Shown one piece after another: positions 29,819-40,924 of a DNA stretch of 64,000 bases. The position numbers were made by a program, and so were the translations under genes. The notes under the pieces were generated by a model that saw only the letters and a list, made by a program, of their open reading frames with translations, was not told where the DNA came from and did no database searches. The DNA lies in IMG/VR virus record IMGVR_UViG_3300027782_000027, positions 124,001 through 188,000 of that record; one strand, written 5' to 3'. Within the stretch, counting starts at the first letter, position 1. Every line of letters starts with the position of its first letter.

Positions 29819-32784
29819 TGGCTAATTACACTTGTCCACCGCAAAGACCATCAGGTTCGGGAACATTTTCGAATAACTTAGTCGGTTTACAAATAACCGA
29901 TGGTGGTGGACTAACGCAAGGTAATTTTACATTTACAAGTGTTATAACTGAAAAAACTAATAGGAACTTTTCGGTTGGGGTATTTTCAGAACCAATTTCA
30001 TTAGAAACTCTTGGGTTTGAAGATACGGTACAAGCAAGGTCAATATTTGATAATAATTTTAAATTATATCCAAACTTTGACGAAACAGATGTTACAAATT
30101 TTGTTGGTTATGGTTCATTATCAAAAAGGTTTGAGTCTGCGGTTACAAATATTATAAATTATTTTCCGGCGTCTATTGATGTGTCAAAATATCGACCAAA
30201 TTTTACAACAGGTGCTACGGCAACAGGTATAACATACAACGTTAATGAAAATGAAACAAAACTCATTATTCCGTTAGAAACAGTTAGAAATCCTTTTTCA
30301 GTAAATTATACAACAACTTCAACACAAACAATTAATAGTTTAGAATTTAGTGTTTCAAAGTATAGAGATATGTCTAAAACATTTTTAAGTTATGTTTTAG
30401 TTTTAAATTCAAATTATTATCCTCTTACATTTATGGACCCAAGTACTTCTATAAGTGCTGGTACATTAACAATTTATGTTCAGGGTAATCCTTTTTCGGG
30501 ATTGTCGACGTATAGTGAATTCTTTTTAATTAGACCAAACGATACAATTGTCAATGAAGTTTTTAATTTAGAATTAGGTGAAGTTGAAGAAATTTTATTG
30601 AATAGAATGGTTACACCTATCTATACTTATGTAGCGACAGTCCCATCAATTTCTGATTCTGGATTAATTTATAACGCAACACAAACAGTTACTTTTCCAT
30701 TAGACGGTCCTTGGAATTTAGATATTAGAACAAATGCATTTATTACTTATATTGAAAGTTTACAATCATTAGGTTTAGATTTTGATAACTACAGGACAAA
30801 TATCATATCTAGATTTTATACAACAAATGCGTTTAAAGATTTTGATACATCAGACCAAAAGGTTGACAAGGTATTAAAAATATTTGGAAGAAGTTTTGAT
30901 GAAACAAAAAAATATGCTGACGCTATTCAACATGTTACATCTGTAAATTACAATGTTGGTAATGATATTCATTCAGGACTTCTTACAAAATTTGCGGAAA
31001 CTTTAGGGTGGAAAACAAACATATCACCAATAGCTGATTCGGCTTTTTTGGAATCGGTTTATGGAACTACTGAAAATGCGTTTCCGGCTTATTCGACAAG
31101 TGAAACTAAATTAGATTTAAATTACCAATATTATAGAAATTTAATATTAAATTCGGCATATTTGTTTAAATCCAAAGGAACTAGAAAGGCGATAGAATTT
31201 CTTTTAAATTTTATCGGAACACCACAAGCGTTACTTGAATTTAATGAAAATGTTTATTTGGTTGATTCCAAAATAAACATGGATAGATTTAATCAATTAT
31301 ATCGAAGTATTTCAGGTGGAACTTACGCTCCACAATTTCCGGCTTTAGACTCAACGAATGTTTATGGGTTCTTAGGTAATACATACACTGGTTATACTAC
31401 ACAACAAGTTGTTGAAGAAGTAACTACATCTAGAAACGACTACCCTGTGGATAATGAAGGATATCCAGCCAAACCAACATATAGTAATGATTACTTTTTT
31501 CAAAAAGGGGAAGGTTGGATACAATCAACACCACAACATAGAAGCCCACAAATTGTTTCTATAAATACAAATACATTTACTGGGCAAAATCTTAGTATAC
31601 AAACAAGTTTAGAACCTTTTACTTATGGTGAAAAATATTTGGAAAGATTTAGAGATTTTCCATTTATGGAACTTGGGTTTTCAATTAAGAAAGAAAGTGA
31701 TAACAAAAAAAGTTGGTATGACCAAACAAGTGATTTACGAAAAAACACGGATAACTTATTTGACGCTTATTATACTGTTAGTGATGATAGATATGTTTTA
31801 AATGTTAAGAATACTGATATATTTTTAAATCCTGCACAAGCGTTGGCTTATGATGTTTGGTATATGTCTAACACACAAAATTACCCAATACCATTTACAG
31901 GGTTATCTTCACCATATCCACAAATAGGTGGTACGGACTGGACGTTTATTAATCCTCAACCACAAATAGAAAACTTCTTTGAGTTTTACAAGACGTTTTG
32001 GATGAACATGATTAATGTTAGAAATAGACAAATTTCATCTGACGGTAAAACAAGTGGATATCCAACTTTACAATCTTTATTTTGGAAATACTTAACGATG
32101 TATCAAGATGTTGGAATTCAAAACAATAATTTCACATACCAAAATATGATAAACTATATTAATGGTTTAGGTTCATTTTGGATTAATTTGATAGAACAAT
32201 TTGTCCCGGCTACTACAATATGGAACACAGGAACAAAATTTGAAAATTCTATTTTCCATAGACAAAAGTTTATTTATAGGATGCAAAAAGGATGTCAAAT
32301 TGTTTTACAGGAAATTGTTGGACCAGTATCAACAGGAACTATTAGCACTAACAATTGTAATAGTGTAACATTCCCACTTCCAATACCGACAATAAATGAT
32401 TTAGGTTCGGCACTTAGTAACGCTTCCGAAGATTTAGCAATTCAAGAAGGGTTTCAGGATGGTTATACAACGGTATCTGCTTTGTATGGTTTTGAATTTA
32501 CAATAAGTAATTTTAATGGGACAAACTCATATACGTTTACTTACAACGATTCCGCTTATTATTACACCCCTAATTTATTACCTACTAACGCACAATGGAC
32601 TAATATTATAAATCAAGGTATATTGTATTTTGCAAGTTCAGGACAACTAAATGACGCAGGAATTCAAATTATTCTTGATTCAAATGATAATGTTATTAAC
32701 ATAGTAACACTATCGTGTGAATTCAGTGATTGGGAAATATCTGATTTCTCGATATTAACACAAGTATCAATTCAAGGACCATAA
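29818..32784 (+). CDS. Baseplate wedge protein, gp7 / P2 gpI-like
   Basis: LLTKFAETLGW...YLFKSKGTRKAIEFLLNFIG matches the KGT..AI helix motif of P2 gpI/T4 gp7-like wedge proteins. Confidence 0.65.
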   Translation: MANYTCPPQRPSGSGTFSNNLVGLQITDGGGLTQGNFTFTSVITEKTNRNFSVGVFSEPISLETLGFEDTVQARSIFDNNFKLYPNFDETDVTNFVGYGSLSKRFESAVTNIINYFPASIDVSKYRPNFTTGATATGITYNVNENETKLIIPLETVRNPFSVNYTTTSTQTINSLEFSVSKYRDMSKTFLSYVLVLNSNYYPLTFMDPSTSISAGTLTIYVQGNPFSGLSTYSEFFLIRPNDTIVNEVFNLELGEVEEILLNRMVTPIYTYVATVPSISDSGLIYNATQTVTFPLDGPWNLDIRTNAFITYIESLQSLGLDFDNYRTNIISRFYTTNAFKDFDTSDQKVDKVLKIFGRSFDETKKYADAIQHVTSVNYNVGNDIHSGLLTKFAETLGWKTNISPIADSAFLESVYGTTENAFPAYSTSETKLDLNYQYYRNLILNSAYLFKSKGTRKAIEFLLNFIGTPQALLEFNENVYLVDSKINMDRFNQLYRSISGGTYAPQFPALDSTNVYGFLGNTYTGYTTQQVVEEVTTSRNDYPVDNEGYPAKPTYSNDYFFQKGEGWIQSTPQHRSPQIVSINTNTFTGQNLSIQTSLEPFTYGEKYLERFRDFPFMELGFSIKKESDNKKSWYDQTSDLRKNTDNLFDAYYTVSDDRYVLNVKNTDIFLNPAQALAYDVWYMSNTQNYPIPFTGLSSPYPQIGGTDWTFINPQPQIENFFEFYKTFWMNMINVRNRQISSDGKTSGYPTLQSLFWKYLTMYQDVGIQNNNFTYQNMINYINGLGSFWINLIEQFVPATTIWNTGTKFENSIFHRQKFIYRMQKGCQIVLQEIVGPVSTGTISTNNCNSVTFPLPIPTINDLGSALSNASEDLAIQEGFQDGYTTVSALYGFEFTISNFNGTNSYTFTYNDSAYYYTPNLLPTNAQWTNIINQGILYFASSGQLNDAGIQIILDSNDNVINIVTLSCEFSDWEISDFSILTQVSIQGP

Positions 32785-34946
32785 TGAGTTATAGTATTAC
32801 ACTTACAGGAGATTGTTCAAATAACAATAATGGAGCGGTAAATATACAATTTTTTACCCCACCACCAACTATTATTAGTTGGACTGATAATAAATTACCT
32901 ACTCAGACATTTACGGGTAATAGTATTACGTATAGTGGATTAAGTGCTGACACATATTCTTTTTCATTTACATCTTCTACTGTTCCAGTAAATAATATTT
33001 ACGGACCAATAAGTTTTATAGTTCTTTCATCAACTACCGCTAATATTACCACAGGGTATCAATCAAGTTGTTCTCCAAGTAATGGTTATTTAACTGTTGA
33101 TGTTAACTTGGATATTTTTGATACTGAATTATATCCGACATCTGTTAATATTAATTTATATAAAGATTATCAATTTTACGAGACCATAATTGGTAGTGGT
33201 AGTCTAACGTCTTTCTTTAATTTAGGTGAAGGTATGTATTACGCATCTATTTCAGGAAATGGTTTTTGTAATTGTGAGACTGAATCAGTTGTTATACATC
33301 CAAATACGGAGTCTTTAGACTTTAATTTTTATGTTGTTAATAACCCTGCTTGTTCAGGTGTTGATGGTAAGATATATGTAACAGGTATAACTGGTACACC
33401 TCCATATACATACATTTGGTCTCAAAATATTGGATATACCGGAGCAACTACATTAGTTACAGGTGTAACTCAAGGAACGTATACTTTAACAATAATTGAC
33501 GGGGCAGGTTGTGAATTGTCAAAAACTGCAGCAGTTGGTTCAGCACCATTTATTGGGTTGATTAGTTATGAAGTTACACAACCAACTTGTTTTACTTCTG
33601 ATGGTGTTTTAGACATTTATTTGTCAGGTGGGACAGGACCTTATTTTTATTTATTAAGTAATGGTGATTCTGTTACCACGTATAGTTCTTCAGTTTCTTT
33701 CTCAGGGTTAAGTGCTGGTTTATATAGTCTGAGTGTTACCGATGTTGCTCTTTGTACTTTTACATCATTCTTTACGTTATCAACACCTAAAGTTTTCACA
33801 TTTATTTCTGCGGATGTTATTAATTCACAATGTCAATATAACGGTGGTTCAATTGATATTACTCTTTTAGGTGGAACTCCACCATATTATTACACTTTAG
33901 ATAATAATAGTGGAACAACTAATAATGTCTCAAGTTTAATTACAACAAATACTTTTTCAGATTTATCATCAGGAACCTATACTCTTACAATATCTGACTC
34001 AAGTAGTGCGTGTACTTACTCACAAAATTATAATGTTCTTAATGAAACCTCGTTTAATTTTTCATTAAGTGCTCGAAGTAATTATTGCACTTACAATAGT
34101 GGGGCAATTCAGGTTGATGTTACACCAAATACTACTGCAGATACATTCTATACTTATTCTATTTCAAGTGGGTTTAGTTCCGCTCCGACAACGGCAACAA
34201 CATATGTATTTAACAATTTACCACCTGATACATATGATATAACAATTTCAGATTCTACAGGATGTACTCAAAATAGTTCAGTGGTGGTTGATTATCTTGC
34301 TCCTTATAATTTGGTTCTTTACGGTACTGATTGTGGGACAGGTAGTGGGGGAACAATAAGCGCGATGATTAATGAAACGGATGGTCCATTTGATTTGACA
34401 TGGAGTGATAATGTTAATGGTCAGACAGGGGTTTATATTACAGGTTTAACTGCCGGGACTTATTCTTTGGCGGTTAGTGGAGTGAATAATTGTGAGACAA
34501 CAAAATACTTTACAATTAGTTGTAATCCTCCGAGAACGGCTAGTTCAACTTACTCCTATTCAATGGGAACTAAATCTTACATACCATCTTCATTCTTGAA
34601 TTTCTCAAATATGTTATCGAAAGGTTATTTGAGTTTAATCGACGGACATACAAGTTGTAAACTAAATTATGCTAGATTTTTCTGTGATGTTGAATTAAAC
34701 AACATAACTTATTCTGGTTCATTTTACACTTCTAAAACACTTACAAGTGTTCCCACATTAAGTGCGTTTACAAATGGTATAGGTTATTTATTTGACACAA
34801 TTCCTGATTTAAAATCATATGAGATTAACCTTGATACTAACACAATAAATGTTGAATCAGATGTTGTTGGTGGTGTTGAAGTTTATAAGGATGAAGTATT
34901 AACAATTACTGTAAGAATAGTTTATAAAATTTCATGTCTAACATAA
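32784..34946 (+). CDS. SprB-like repeat protein (putative fibre/adhesin)
   Basis: About six repeats of the type C...G.I.V...GGTPPY.Y...GL.AG.Y.L.V.D...C. Confidence 0.75.
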   Translation: MSYSITLTGDCSNNNNGAVNIQFFTPPPTIISWTDNKLPTQTFTGNSITYSGLSADTYSFSFTSSTVPVNNIYGPISFIVLSSTTANITTGYQSSCSPSNGYLTVDVNLDIFDTELYPTSVNINLYKDYQFYETIIGSGSLTSFFNLGEGMYYASISGNGFCNCETESVVIHPNTESLDFNFYVVNNPACSGVDGKIYVTGITGTPPYTYIWSQNIGYTGATTLVTGVTQGTYTLTIIDGAGCELSKTAAVGSAPFIGLISYEVTQPTCFTSDGVLDIYLSGGTGPYFYLLSNGDSVTTYSSSVSFSGLSAGLYSLSVTDVALCTFTSFFTLSTPKVFTFISADVINSQCQYNGGSIDITLLGGTPPYYYTLDNNSGTTNNVSSLITTNTFSDLSSGTYTLTISDSSSACTYSQNYNVLNETSFNFSLSARSNYCTYNSGAIQVDVTPNTTADTFYTYSISSGFSSAPTTATTYVFNNLPPDTYDITISDSTGCTQNSSVVVDYLAPYNLVLYGTDCGTGSGGTISAMINETDGPFDLTWSDNVNGQTGVYITGLTAGTYSLAVSGVNNCETTKYFTISCNPPRTASSTYSYSMGTKSYIPSSFLNFSNMLSKGYLSLIDGHTSCKLNYARFFCDVELNNITYSGSFYTSKTLTSVPTLSAFTNGIGYLFDTIPDLKSYEINLDTNTINVESDVVGGVEVYKDEVLTITVRIVYKISCLT

Positions 34947-34970
34947 TCTAACAAAAACTATTTATGTTAG

Positions 34971-35975
34971 ATGAGTTTAGTAACAATTAGCAATTTATCG
35001 GGTATTCCTCCTTACCAAGTTTCTGTCTGTGATATCTTTCAGTTTTCTTGTGTTACGGTAACAACAATTTACGATTATATTCCTCCGGCATATTCTTTTT
35101 ATTTACCAAGTGGTTTTAATAATGCTCCGAAAGTATTAATTAAGATTGTCGATTCTACGGGGTGTATTTTTACAAGTGAGTATGAATGTTTAACACCAAC
35201 TCCAACACCGAGTATTACTCCGTCAATTACACCTACGATTTCACTTACACCTTCTAATACTCCGACACCAAGTATTACTCCATCAGTTACTCCAACATTA
35301 TCGATTACTCCGACAATTACTCCGACACCAAGTATTACTCCGTCGATTACACCTACTAATACTTTAACACCAACACCTACTGTGACACCTACTTTAACTC
35401 AAACTCCTGAAGTTGGAAGATATGCTTATTTATTTATTGAACCTTATTCTGGTTCGTCATCTATTGGAAGTTATATGAATTCTATAGGTTCATCATTCTA
35501 TGGATTTACAAATGCTACAAGACCAAGTACTTCGGCATCTACGTTCCAAACGGATATGCAAAACTATGTTAATTTCTCGGGATGGTCAACAGGTTTATTC
35601 CCACAAGTAATAAGACAAACGATACCTCAAACAACGGGAGGACTTGATAGTTATGGTAATCCAAGAATTGCATACAATTTCTTAACAACACTTGTTCCTG
35701 AAAATTATACCCAAAGTAAGGCTTGGTATACTTGGATAATACCAACTAATCTTACAAATAACAAATACCAAATGGAAATTGATTTGGGGATTGTTAATCC
35801 GAATGTGTTTACGAGTTATAAAATGGAACCAACCATTTATCAAAATACGTTTACATATGTTGGTCCAACCATTGCAAATACAACATATAGGGTTTATACA
35901 ACATACCCATCAACTTCGTTTGAGATAGATAATACTTACGACCTTTATTTTAGAGGAAGTAAGGTTGATATATAA
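34971..35975 (+). CDS. Two-domain protein with Pro/Thr/Ser mucin-like linker (putative fibre adaptor)
   Basis: The N-domain is shared with 62418..62684, the linker is (TPTPSITPS)n, and the C-domain is shared with 43547..44755. Confidence 0.7.
   Translation: MSLVTISNLSGIPPYQVSVCDIFQFSCVTVTTIYDYIPPAYSFYLPSGFNNAPKVLIKIVDSTGCIFTSEYECLTPTPTPSITPSITPTISLTPSNTPTPSITPSVTPTLSITPTITPTPSITPSITPTNTLTPTPTVTPTLTQTPEVGRYAYLFIEPYSGSSSIGSYMNSIGSSFYGFTNATRPSTSASTFQTDMQNYVNFSGWSTGLFPQVIRQTIPQTTGGLDSYGNPRIAYNFLTTLVPENYTQSKAWYTWIIPTNLTNNKYQMEIDLGIVNPNVFTSYKMEPTIYQNTFTYVGPTIANTTYRVYTTYPSTSFEIDNTYDLYFRGSKVDI
35193..35408 (+). repeat. Pro/Thr/Ser low-complexity coding repeat
   Basis: About 70 aa of [15 protein letters not shown]. 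The DNA unit ccgacaccaagtattactcc recurs. Confidence 0.9.
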
Positions 35976-35984
35976 TTATAGTAA

Positions 35985-36974
35985 ATGAGTTTCCCATATA
36001 AAAATCCAATATCGTCTATCCAACTAAATGGGACACAAAGTGTACCAAGAAACAATACGTATGGCACTACTTTCAGTGTTAACAATACGGGTGGTTACAT
36101 GGAGGTTTTTAGTTTATCTGACCTTTATTATACAATACCAACAGGAACAACGGGAAGTATTGAATATTCGGGTAATACCATTCCTATTGAGTTTACAAAG
36201 GGAACGGGTGCCGCTTGGTCTCCTGATGTAATTACATTAGCTTCAGATAATATTTCATCAGGTAGAAGACGACTTGGTATGTTGGCTTATGTTTATGAGG
36301 TTGACCAAGTTTATCAATATCATATTAATAATTACGAGACGTTATTTAATGCTGCTACGGCTAGTACAGGATGTGCTCAGGTATCTGATTTTGGAACAAC
36401 GATAAATAATAAAACTGCTGCGGGTCAGTCGTTTATTAATTCTTGGACTGCAAATACTATTGAAGATGTAAGTGGTACGACATATAGCACTGCGGTATGG
36501 AGAAAGTTTCCAGCACGTACTGTTAGAGCTTGGGGTTCATTTATTTCTACCGTTAGTCAATACGTAACAAGTACAACGACCGCATATTCAATGAGTGCCG
36601 CAACACAAACATCAGGAAATGGTGTTAGCGTTTCCGCAAATACAAGATTTATTGTTGCAAGTGCGGGGACATACAATTTACAATTTTCTTCTCAATTAGA
36701 GTCAACAGGTGGAGGCGCTGCTCAAACTATGAACATATGGTTGGCAATAAATGGTTTTAATGTTGATAATTCAAACACAGCTATTGTTGGAAATTCTAAT
36801 AATGGAAGAAGTGTTGCGGCATGGAATTTTGTAGAACCATTAAACGCTGGTGATTACATGGAATTAAAGTTTTGGGTTAGTGATATCAGATTAGGATTTG
36901 CATATGATGTAGCACAATCTACTCCGACCAGACCGGCAATTCCATCAGTAATAGTAACGGTAACACAAGTGTAA
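35985..36974 (+). CDS. Short fibre-like protein: N-terminal anchor domain plus C1q/BclA-CTD-like head
   Basis: The N-terminal ~175 aa are paralogous to the N-terminus of the 4766-aa protein. The C-terminus has VASAGTYNLQFSSQL...IWLAING...LNAGDYMEL, a C1q/TNF-like pattern. Confidence 0.65.
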   Translation: MSFPYKNPISSIQLNGTQSVPRNNTYGTTFSVNNTGGYMEVFSLSDLYYTIPTGTTGSIEYSGNTIPIEFTKGTGAAWSPDVITLASDNISSGRRRLGMLAYVYEVDQVYQYHINNYETLFNAATASTGCAQVSDFGTTINNKTAAGQSFINSWTANTIEDVSGTTYSTAVWRKFPARTVRAWGSFISTVSQYVTSTTTAYSMSAATQTSGNGVSVSANTRFIVASAGTYNLQFSSQLESTGGGAAQTMNIWLAINGFNVDNSNTAIVGNSNNGRSVAAWNFVEPLNAGDYMELKFWVSDIRLGFAYDVAQSTPTRPAIPSVIVTVTQV

Positions 36975-36994
36975 AGATATATTTATAATATAAC

Positions 36995-38041
36995 ATGGCA
37001 ACATCAAGACCCTTCGCATATAACACAGGTTCAACAATTACAGGAACAGAACAACTTGGAAGTATTGCTATTGGTACGCCAACAAGTGGTTTCACATCCA
37101 CAGGTTTAAGATGGTGGAGTGGACCTGACGAAGATTTAGGTTATGTTATTGCCCATACAGTACCTTCAGGAACACAACCAAATCCTGTAGGAGTTCCGGC
37201 TTACATCGGTTTTTGGAGAACACCAAGTAAGACAGATAATAACTTTATTAGTTTATCACAGTATGTTTCAAGTTTTACAGGGACAGCGCAAACATTTGCA
37301 AGTACTTCAGCGGCTAAAACATGGTTAAACTCAGCTGGATATTGGACATCTTACTCATCTTCTATCGTTACCTCAGGACTCATATTAAACTATGATATTA
37401 GTAATACATCAAGTTATCCTGGAACAGGAACCACAATTACGGATTTAACAGGTAGTAGTAATGCGACACTATACAACTCTCCGACATACACATCATCAGG
37501 TGGAGGTTATCTAACCTTCAATGGTAGTAATCAATATATAGGAACTAATACCGCATTAGGTTCAAAATTAAACCCGGCTAACTCATCTACCGTTATCTCA
37601 ATCTTTGTATGGGTTTATCCTATGGATAATGGTGTTATTGTACAGGAAATTGGACAAACAACACCAAATACAGGATGGCATGATTCACAGATAGAAATGG
37701 TTGGGGGAACACTTAGGTTTTCTGTATGGCAGAACCAACCTGGTTTTGCGTCAACTATATCTACACCTTTAAACAATTGGTATTATGTTGGATTTACATA
37801 TAACGGAACAAATTTAATTGGTTATGTTAATGGAGTTTCTGCAGTAACTAGTGGGACCATATCAAGAGCCACACCAGGCGCTAATTTATATTATGCGATT
37901 GCACATGATGACGCAACAAATTTAGGTGACGGAACTTTTTCTAATATGAGATTTGGTGGAATGCAAATTTATAACACAGCATTGTCTAATGAAAATGTAT
38001 TAACAAATTATAATGCTCAAAAATCAAGATTTGGATTATAA
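36995..38041 (+). CDS. Virion protein with C-terminal LamG/concanavalin A-like lectin domain
   Basis: GLILNYD...SYPGTG, FNGSNQY, SIFVWVY, NNWYYVGFTYNG...YVNG, IYNTALS...NYNAQKSRFGL. Confidence 0.85.
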   Translation: MATSRPFAYNTGSTITGTEQLGSIAIGTPTSGFTSTGLRWWSGPDEDLGYVIAHTVPSGTQPNPVGVPAYIGFWRTPSKTDNNFISLSQYVSSFTGTAQTFASTSAAKTWLNSAGYWTSYSSSIVTSGLILNYDISNTSSYPGTGTTITDLTGSSNATLYNSPTYTSSGGGYLTFNGSNQYIGTNTALGSKLNPANSSTVISIFVWVYPMDNGVIVQEIGQTTPNTGWHDSQIEMVGGTLRFSVWQNQPGFASTISTPLNNWYYVGFTYNGTNLIGYVNGVSAVTSGTISRATPGANLYYAIAHDDATNLGDGTFSNMRFGGMQIYNTALSNENVLTNYNAQKSRFGL

Positions 38042-38127
38042 AATACAAAACGTATTATTATTTAAACTTATTAATTTATTTCTTTAATTTTTATTTAAAA
38101 TTAATACTTTTTGTGTAAAACATTTAC

Positions 38128-39372
38128 ATGAAAATTTTTATACAAGTTGCTTCTTACAGAGACCCCCAACTAATCCCAACTATACAGTCAGCATTAGAAA
38201 ATGCTAAACGACCTGAAAACTTAGTTTTCGGTATTGCTCGTCAGTATCATCCTGATGATAGTTTTGATAATTTGGACGAATACCGAAACGATGAAAGGTT
38301 TAGAATAATTGATATTCCTTATACAGAATCCAAAGGAGCTTGTTGGGCAAGAAATAAGATACAACAAGTATATCAAAAGGAGTCATATACTCTTCAAATT
38401 GACTCACATATGAGGTTTGCTCAAAATTGGGATGACGAGATGATTAAGATGATTAAACAACTTCAAAAGAAAGGATATAAGAAACCATTATTAACAGGTT
38501 ATGTTTCATCCTTTGACCCTGACAATGACCCTAACCTACGTGTGAACGAACCTTGGAGAATGGCGTTTGATAGATTTATTCCTGAAGGTGCGGTTTTCTT
38601 TTTACCTGAGACAATTCCTGGTTGGCAAAATTTAACTGAACCTGTTACCGCAAGGTTCTACTCGGCTCACTTTTGTTTTACTCTTGGTAAATTTGCTAAA
38701 GAAGTTCAACACGACCCTGAGTTCTATTTTCATGGTGAAGAGATTTCAATTGCTGCAAGAGCTTACACTCATGGATATGATTTATTTCACCCACATAAAG
38801 TTTTGATTTGGCATGAATATACAAGAAAGGGAAGAACCAAACAATGGGATGACGATAAAGAATGGGTTGATAAGAATAATTTTGCTCACAAAAAAAATCG
38901 TTCTCTATTCGGTATGGATGATGAGGAAGATATGAAACACGGAAAGTATGGTTTTGGTAAAGTTAGAAGTTTAAGAGACTATGAAAAATATTCAGGACTT
39001 TTATTTTCAAAGAGAGCTGTTCAACAATACACATTAGATAAGGGTTATCCACCAAATCCAAATAACTTCAATTCAGAAGAAGAATGGTTAAAATCATTTA
39101 CATCAGTATTCAAACATTGTATTGATATTGGGTTTACTCAAGTACCTGAAAAAGATTATGACTTTTGGGTTGTTGCATTCCATAATGAATTAGATGAAAC
39201 CATTTACAGACAAGATGCTGATAAAGGTGAAGTTGATAGAATGTTAAGAGACCCTGATGGTTATTGTAAAGTTTGGAGAGAGTTCTTAACTGATTCAAAA
39301 CCTAAATATTGGGTGGTTTGGCCTCACTCGGAATCTAAAGGATGGTGTGATAGAATAACAGGAAATTTATAA
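38128..39372 (+). CDS. GT60-family (Pfam GlcNAc-type) polypeptide/hydroxyproline N-acetylglucosaminyltransferase-like protein
   Basis: IFIQVASYRDP, SKGACWAR, LQIDSHMRFAQNWD (DxH), FHGEEI..AARAYTHGYDLFHP and WHEY follow the motif series of Skp1/polypeptide GlcNAc-transferases. Confidence 0.82.
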   Translation: MKIFIQVASYRDPQLIPTIQSALENAKRPENLVFGIARQYHPDDSFDNLDEYRNDERFRIIDIPYTESKGACWARNKIQQVYQKESYTLQIDSHMRFAQNWDDEMIKMIKQLQKKGYKKPLLTGYVSSFDPDNDPNLRVNEPWRMAFDRFIPEGAVFFLPETIPGWQNLTEPVTARFYSAHFCFTLGKFAKEVQHDPEFYFHGEEISIAARAYTHGYDLFHPHKVLIWHEYTRKGRTKQWDDDKEWVDKNNFAHKKNRSLFGMDDEEDMKHGKYGFGKVRSLRDYEKYSGLLFSKRAVQQYTLDKGYPPNPNNFNSEEEWLKSFTSVFKHCIDIGFTQVPEKDYDFWVVAFHNELDETIYRQDADKGEVDRMLRDPDGYCKVWREFLTDSKPKYWVVWPHSESKGWCDRITGNL

Positions 39373-39375
39373 GAT

Positions 39376-40086
39376 ATGAAATTTACATTTACTACTTTTT
39401 GTTTTGGTGAAAGATATTATAACCAAGTTAATAGATTTATTGGTGATATCGTAGAATCAGATTATAAAACAAATTTGGTTGTCATTACCGATGACCCAAG
39501 TAAGATTAATAATCAAGAATTTGTTCACGCCTTCAACATTAATGATTTTAATCCAAATTATTTGGAGTATGCTAAAAACTACTATGACTTTGATTTTTCA
39601 GTTAAAAGATATTCGTTAAGAGCAGCTTTAAGTATTGGTTTTACTAAAATCATATTAGTTGATTGTGATATGAGAGTTAACCCATCTTTCTTTAATGAAG
39701 AAAAGATTTTGGGGGCGTTTGATGAGAATTGTTTATCAGGGCCAGTTACCTATAATTTTCACGAACAAGTTCATACTAATAGTGAATTAGGTAGACGATT
39801 ACTTGAGTATGAGAAATACTTTAATCATGAGGTTGATAAAGATAAGTTGGAGGTTATGCCTGAAGATTGTATTCAATACTTGAGTATTGATGAAGATAAG
39901 TTTAATGGTTTTTTAGATACTTGGGACAAGTGTATTGAATATAAAAAAGAAAAAGGTTTGAGAAACATACCCGCTGGTAACATAGATGAGATGTGTTTTT
40001 CAGCATTATTTAATGGAATTGAAATAAAAAATAACGCTTATAAAGCATCAAATATAATATACGCAGAACATGACAAATGGTACTAA
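39376..40086 (+). CDS. Putative GT-A-fold glycosyltransferase
   Basis: FTTFCFGERY, VVITDD, KRYSL and IILVDCD (DxD). It lies within the GT cluster. Confidence 0.6.
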   Translation: MKFTFTTFCFGERYYNQVNRFIGDIVESDYKTNLVVITDDPSKINNQEFVHAFNINDFNPNYLEYAKNYYDFDFSVKRYSLRAALSIGFTKIILVDCDMRVNPSFFNEEKILGAFDENCLSGPVTYNFHEQVHTNSELGRRLLEYEKYFNHEVDKDKLEVMPEDCIQYLSIDEDKFNGFLDTWDKCIEYKKEKGLRNIPAGNIDEMCFSALFNGIEIKNNAYKASNIIYAEHDKWY

Positions 40087-40924
40087 AATAATTTCGGCAA
40101 TTTATGAATTAAAATATGTTGAAGGGATTAATAGTGAGAGATATAAAAATTTTCCATTATTGGTCGCGACGATTAAAAATATAATTTATCCTGAATATCG
40201 TTACGTAATTTATACTGACCAAAATTCATATGATAAATTTAATTTAAAGTATGAATTTAATTTTCCAAATGTTGAATTCAAGTTTAAAGAATTAAATACA
40301 TCTGAAACTTGTGAATTAATTGATAGAATTAGAACTCAAGAATTATCAGGTGGAATTAACTATGATAGAATTTATTGTGTAAACAATTATTTGGAAGTTG
40401 TTTTAAATAAACTTAAATTCTTAATTGATGAGTCACATGATTGTGATAATATCTTTTGGATTGATGCCGGATTGATTGGAACATCTTGTCACGATGGGTG
40501 GAGAGATTACATGGCTCCGTTAATTAATTCAAAAAACTTTTTGGATAAGGTGGTTGATAAGATAAACCAACATGGGTTTATTCATTTAAAAGGTAATTCA
40601 ATTGTTATGAATTATGAAACAGTTGCTAAGTTTAATGACCTATTTGGTGTTGAATTAAAGGTTGTTCCTGGATGTCTATTTGGTGGAACATCAGAAAAAG
40701 TTAGACATATTTTAGACGAATATTTAGACATTTTTAATCAATACTTAACTACACATAACCAACTTATTAGTGAACAAGAGGTTCTTACTGCTATTACAGG
40801 TAAACATTCTGATAAATGTTATGCTTTTGAGTTTGGAGATTGGTTAGACTTACAAAGAGCATTTTTAGACATTTTAGACATTTATGATGAAACAAAATAT
40901 GTAAGGGAGAAATGTTATGTTTAG
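40070..40924 (+). CDS. HtrL/YibB (WlaTC)-like putative glycosyltransferase
   Basis: YVIYTD, KLKFL, FWIDAGL, GCLFGG, SEQEVL. Confidence 0.65.
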   Translation: MTNGTKIISAIYELKYVEGINSERYKNFPLLVATIKNIIYPEYRYVIYTDQNSYDKFNLKYEFNFPNVEFKFKELNTSETCELIDRIRTQELSGGINYDRIYCVNNYLEVVLNKLKFLIDESHDCDNIFWIDAGLIGTSCHDGWRDYMAPLINSKNFLDKVVDKINQHGFIHLKGNSIVMNYETVAKFNDLFGVELKVVPGCLFGGTSEKVRHILDEYLDIFNQYLTTHNQLISEQEVLTAITGKHSDKCYAFEFGDWLDLQRAFLDILDIYDETKYVREKCYV

